Source: Tubiluchus corallicola (Eukaryota > Animalia > Priapulida). From it: a stretch of DNA of 64,000 nucleotides. The position numbers and the translations under genes are program-made. How positions within the stretch are numbered: the stretch's first letter is position 1; each line of letters starts with the position of its first letter. Under the pieces are notes generated by a model that did not search any database, had not been told where the DNA came from, and worked only from the letters and a program-made list of their open reading frames with translations. Positions 61,333-64,000 of the stretch are shown here, piece by piece. The stretch covers positions 186,001-250,000 of the forward strand of contig JAQGDQ010000002.1 of NCBI GenBank assembly GCA_030141605.1, in the 5' to 3' direction.

Positions 61333-61789
61333 CTATCGATCATTACGCATGCACTTTTTCATAACCTTGTTGCAGTTATCTATTCAGATTGTAAAGGCTT
61401 TAAAAGGTTTTGCAAAATTAGGCTTACGTAAAAAATGTGGAGATTGTTGTGTCTTCCTTTTTAGTAGTCATAAAGATAGGTAACCTATATACCAAACCTG
61501 GAGAATGAAAAAACGTGACAATATAATAAATATATACCCAATAGAGAAGTAGCTGAATTACACAATGCTTTGCTTATTTTAGTCAATTGAGCATTGTGTT
61601 TTTTGAATAAAATTGTTTTTGTGACGTGAAAAGACAAGACGCCACTTCTTTTTACGTTTAAAAGCGTGACATACGCACATGTTGCATGTGGCCAAACACT
61701 TGCATTCCTTGACACCGTCAAACTGTAATGAGAGAGAACGACGGATGGCGTTGCGAGCGCGCAAGAGTCAGGATCCATTATCCTCCTGG

Positions 61790-62150
61790 CCAAAATTGTG
61801 ATTTTTTTCCTGTGACTTTTTCTTAGCTAAAACTATGACTTTTTTCTGTAACTGTTTTACTGTGACTCAGTGACGAAAGTGACAAGTCAATCACAATTTA
61901 TTTCAGTACCATAAGCAATTAAAGTAATAACATGGAAAATATTTTACATCAGTCACTAACTGGCAATACATGACTTGCACATAATGACAACACTATTTGT
62001 ATACGATCTCATTACATGTATGTGGAAAGATCATGTTTTGTCAATATCTTCGGATTAGGGTTAGGGTTAGAGTTAAGGTCACGGTTAGGTTTAGAGTTAG
62101 GGTTATTTCTATTTTTCTTCTGACTTGTTGTGATTTTCTTTCTGTGACCT
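61790..62150. repeat. Element with tgtgacttt repeats and telomere-like (TTAGGG)n-type tract
   Basis: ttagggttagggttagagttaaggtcacggttaggtttagagttagggtt at ~62056-62103, flanked by tgtgac/tgtgat-ttttt direct repeats. Confidence 0.5.
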
Positions 62151-63852
62151 TGTAAGACGCCATGTTAGAGATTTTAAAACTACAAATCATTCACAAGTTA
62201 ATCGTTATTAAGTCTTATAACCTCAGTTTGACCAGTAATAACTATAGATCTACTTACATTAACTTGTGCTCAATAATATAACACCGGAGACAGCAATATC
62301 CGACATTTCTAACATGAAACTATTAAGAACTTTTTGACATCTAAGAAGGAAGACAGTCAAGACACCCCTACTCGAACCATGTCTCAAGTCGCCCAGACAA
62401 ATGACCGCTGTAAAAATGTGTTCCGGAGTCACACATGTATATGCATGGCTTCCGGTTCATCCATTTTTGAACAACAGTCAGTTAGCCAGTCAGTCAGTAC
62501 TCAGTCAGTTAGTTAGTTAATCATACATTCGATTAACTTTGGTTTTCAGTCAGCATGTGTAATGCTTGTGTAAGTAAGGAAAGCAGTTAGTCAATTTGTG
62601 GGTGACTTGAATCGAGCAGGCTGAGAAGTTGAGTTAACACAATTAAAATGAGCTAAGCAGAGTTGAGTGTTCTTGTGGTTGCTGATTACTGGTTTAAATT
62701 CTACTTGTTGATGGTACTGCCACTCTTCTTTACATGATGCGTTTTAATTACATTGCCTTTTTAGTAATAAATAAAACGCTGAATGGCTTTTATAGTCTCA
62801 CGCGAGATTATTTATTTTTTCAACAGCATTTTGCCCTAGCCGGCCTCACCAGCTGAAAACTAAAATGTTGAGGCAGCATGTACAAGTGTGCAAAGAAAGA
62901 TTAAAAGCAAAAAACACTAGCTAAACATCATTGGTTATAAAAAATAATTAGTTGAATACAGTTACTAGCCCTATACAACCGATGTTGCCACAATAAACGA
63001 TTAACTGAAGAAAGTAAAGTGAATTAATTGACATACCTGACTAGACTTGTATTGCCAACCTAACATTAATGTTTACAAAACTTAGAGGTTTCTAAACAAT
63101 GAGCAAGTATAAGTGCGTGCAGTGTATTAATGTGAACGTGAGAAGTATATAAAATTGAATTGTTTGTGGTGGGTTACACGAAGTAAATTACAGTTAAATT
63201 TAAAAGTCAATGGAAAATCAACTAAAATTGCAAAAGTAGAGGAAGTAAAGATTATAACACTAAATTCGAGTATTGGTATTGAGTTAAGATGCTAAATGAA
63301 CCCAGAAACCAAAGGAGGAACACAGAAGGATGAAAAACAAAAAATATTGATAAAAACCAAACACATAATGAGCAAAATCAATTTAACAGCCGCCATGTTT
63401 CGTGCAGGTTAACTTTTGATTTCAGTTCTGATAACAGATCGTTTGGTTTGACCCACATGTACTTCGTGGTAAATATTACAATTAATATATTACAATATTA
63501 CGTTGTCGATGTGGTTTACAAACTAGATTGTAAGATAACAAAGTGAGGCTGTAAAACATCGATGTGAGATTGTAAGAGTATTTGAACTTACATAGCTAAA
63601 ATGAAACGTGCCATAAATACAATAATTATTCTTACCTACAATTAGACAATAATCAATTTGTAAAACTACAATAGTCACATAGGACTATAAAAAATACTAA
63701 AATACGGAAACAGACTTCACATTATCAAAATGTACAGTTTCACGCAAGATTGTTAGTTTTCATTAGTTAAACACGCAGTGATAATATTGTTATTGGTAGA
63801 AGAACTCGACCCCAATTCGCTATTCATCTGGTTGTTGTTGTTATTGTTACTA

Positions 63853-64000
63853 ACAAAATTAAGAGAAATGGATCTCATACTAAATAAAGATAAAACAGAA
63901 GAATATCACATAAAAAGGAATGGAGATGATGCGTGGAGGAAATGCTAACACTTAGGCAGTCTTCTAGCAACAGATGAAGATATATAAAGAAGAAAGATCG
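63853..64000 (+). mobile_element. RTE-like LINE reverse-transcriptase fragment, inactivated, runs off the window
   Basis: KLREMDLILNKDKTEEYHIKRNGDDAWRKC*HLGSLLATDEDI*RRKI resembles the RT C-terminal N..KT / YLGS motifs, with two in-frame stops. Confidence 0.7.

Noticed and set aside
60470-63680. Scattered minus-strand acceptor/donor pairs (~60480, ~61490, ~63040, ~63640) hinting at another micro-exon gene
   Set aside because: Could not be assembled into a recognisable ORF; such motifs are common by chance

Overview
AT-rich, intron-containing invertebrate-type metazoan genomic DNA; no prokaryotic features. I reconstructed five spliced protein-coding genes by hand from GT-AG sites and reading-frame phase. 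(1) A GABA-B-like class C GPCR on the minus strand (13 exons, 24197->436, 3' part outside the window) with an altered ligand pocket and a signal peptide built from micro-exons. (2) An ELOVL6-like fatty-acid elongase (minus, 2 exons). (3) A CBM14-LDLa-CE4 chitin deacetylase-like protein (plus, 5 exons) whose metal-binding and catalytic residues are substituted, so it is probably a pseudo-enzyme. (4) A TWIK-type two-pore K+ channel (minus, 5 exons). (5) An unrecognised secreted protein with a TSP1-like module and a long basic low-complexity tail (plus, 4 exons, two of them micro-exons). Introns and intergenic DNA hold an Academ-like long-TIR DNA transposon with a 3-bp TSD, a bipartite RTE retroposon with an 11-bp TSD, decayed CR1/L2/RTE LINE fragments, tRNA- and 5S-derived SINE-like elements, MITEs (one nested), a foldback-like element and many microsatellites. 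Most short ORFs in the supplied track are microsatellite artefacts. All gene models and family assignments are by-eye inferences and were not confirmed by database search.
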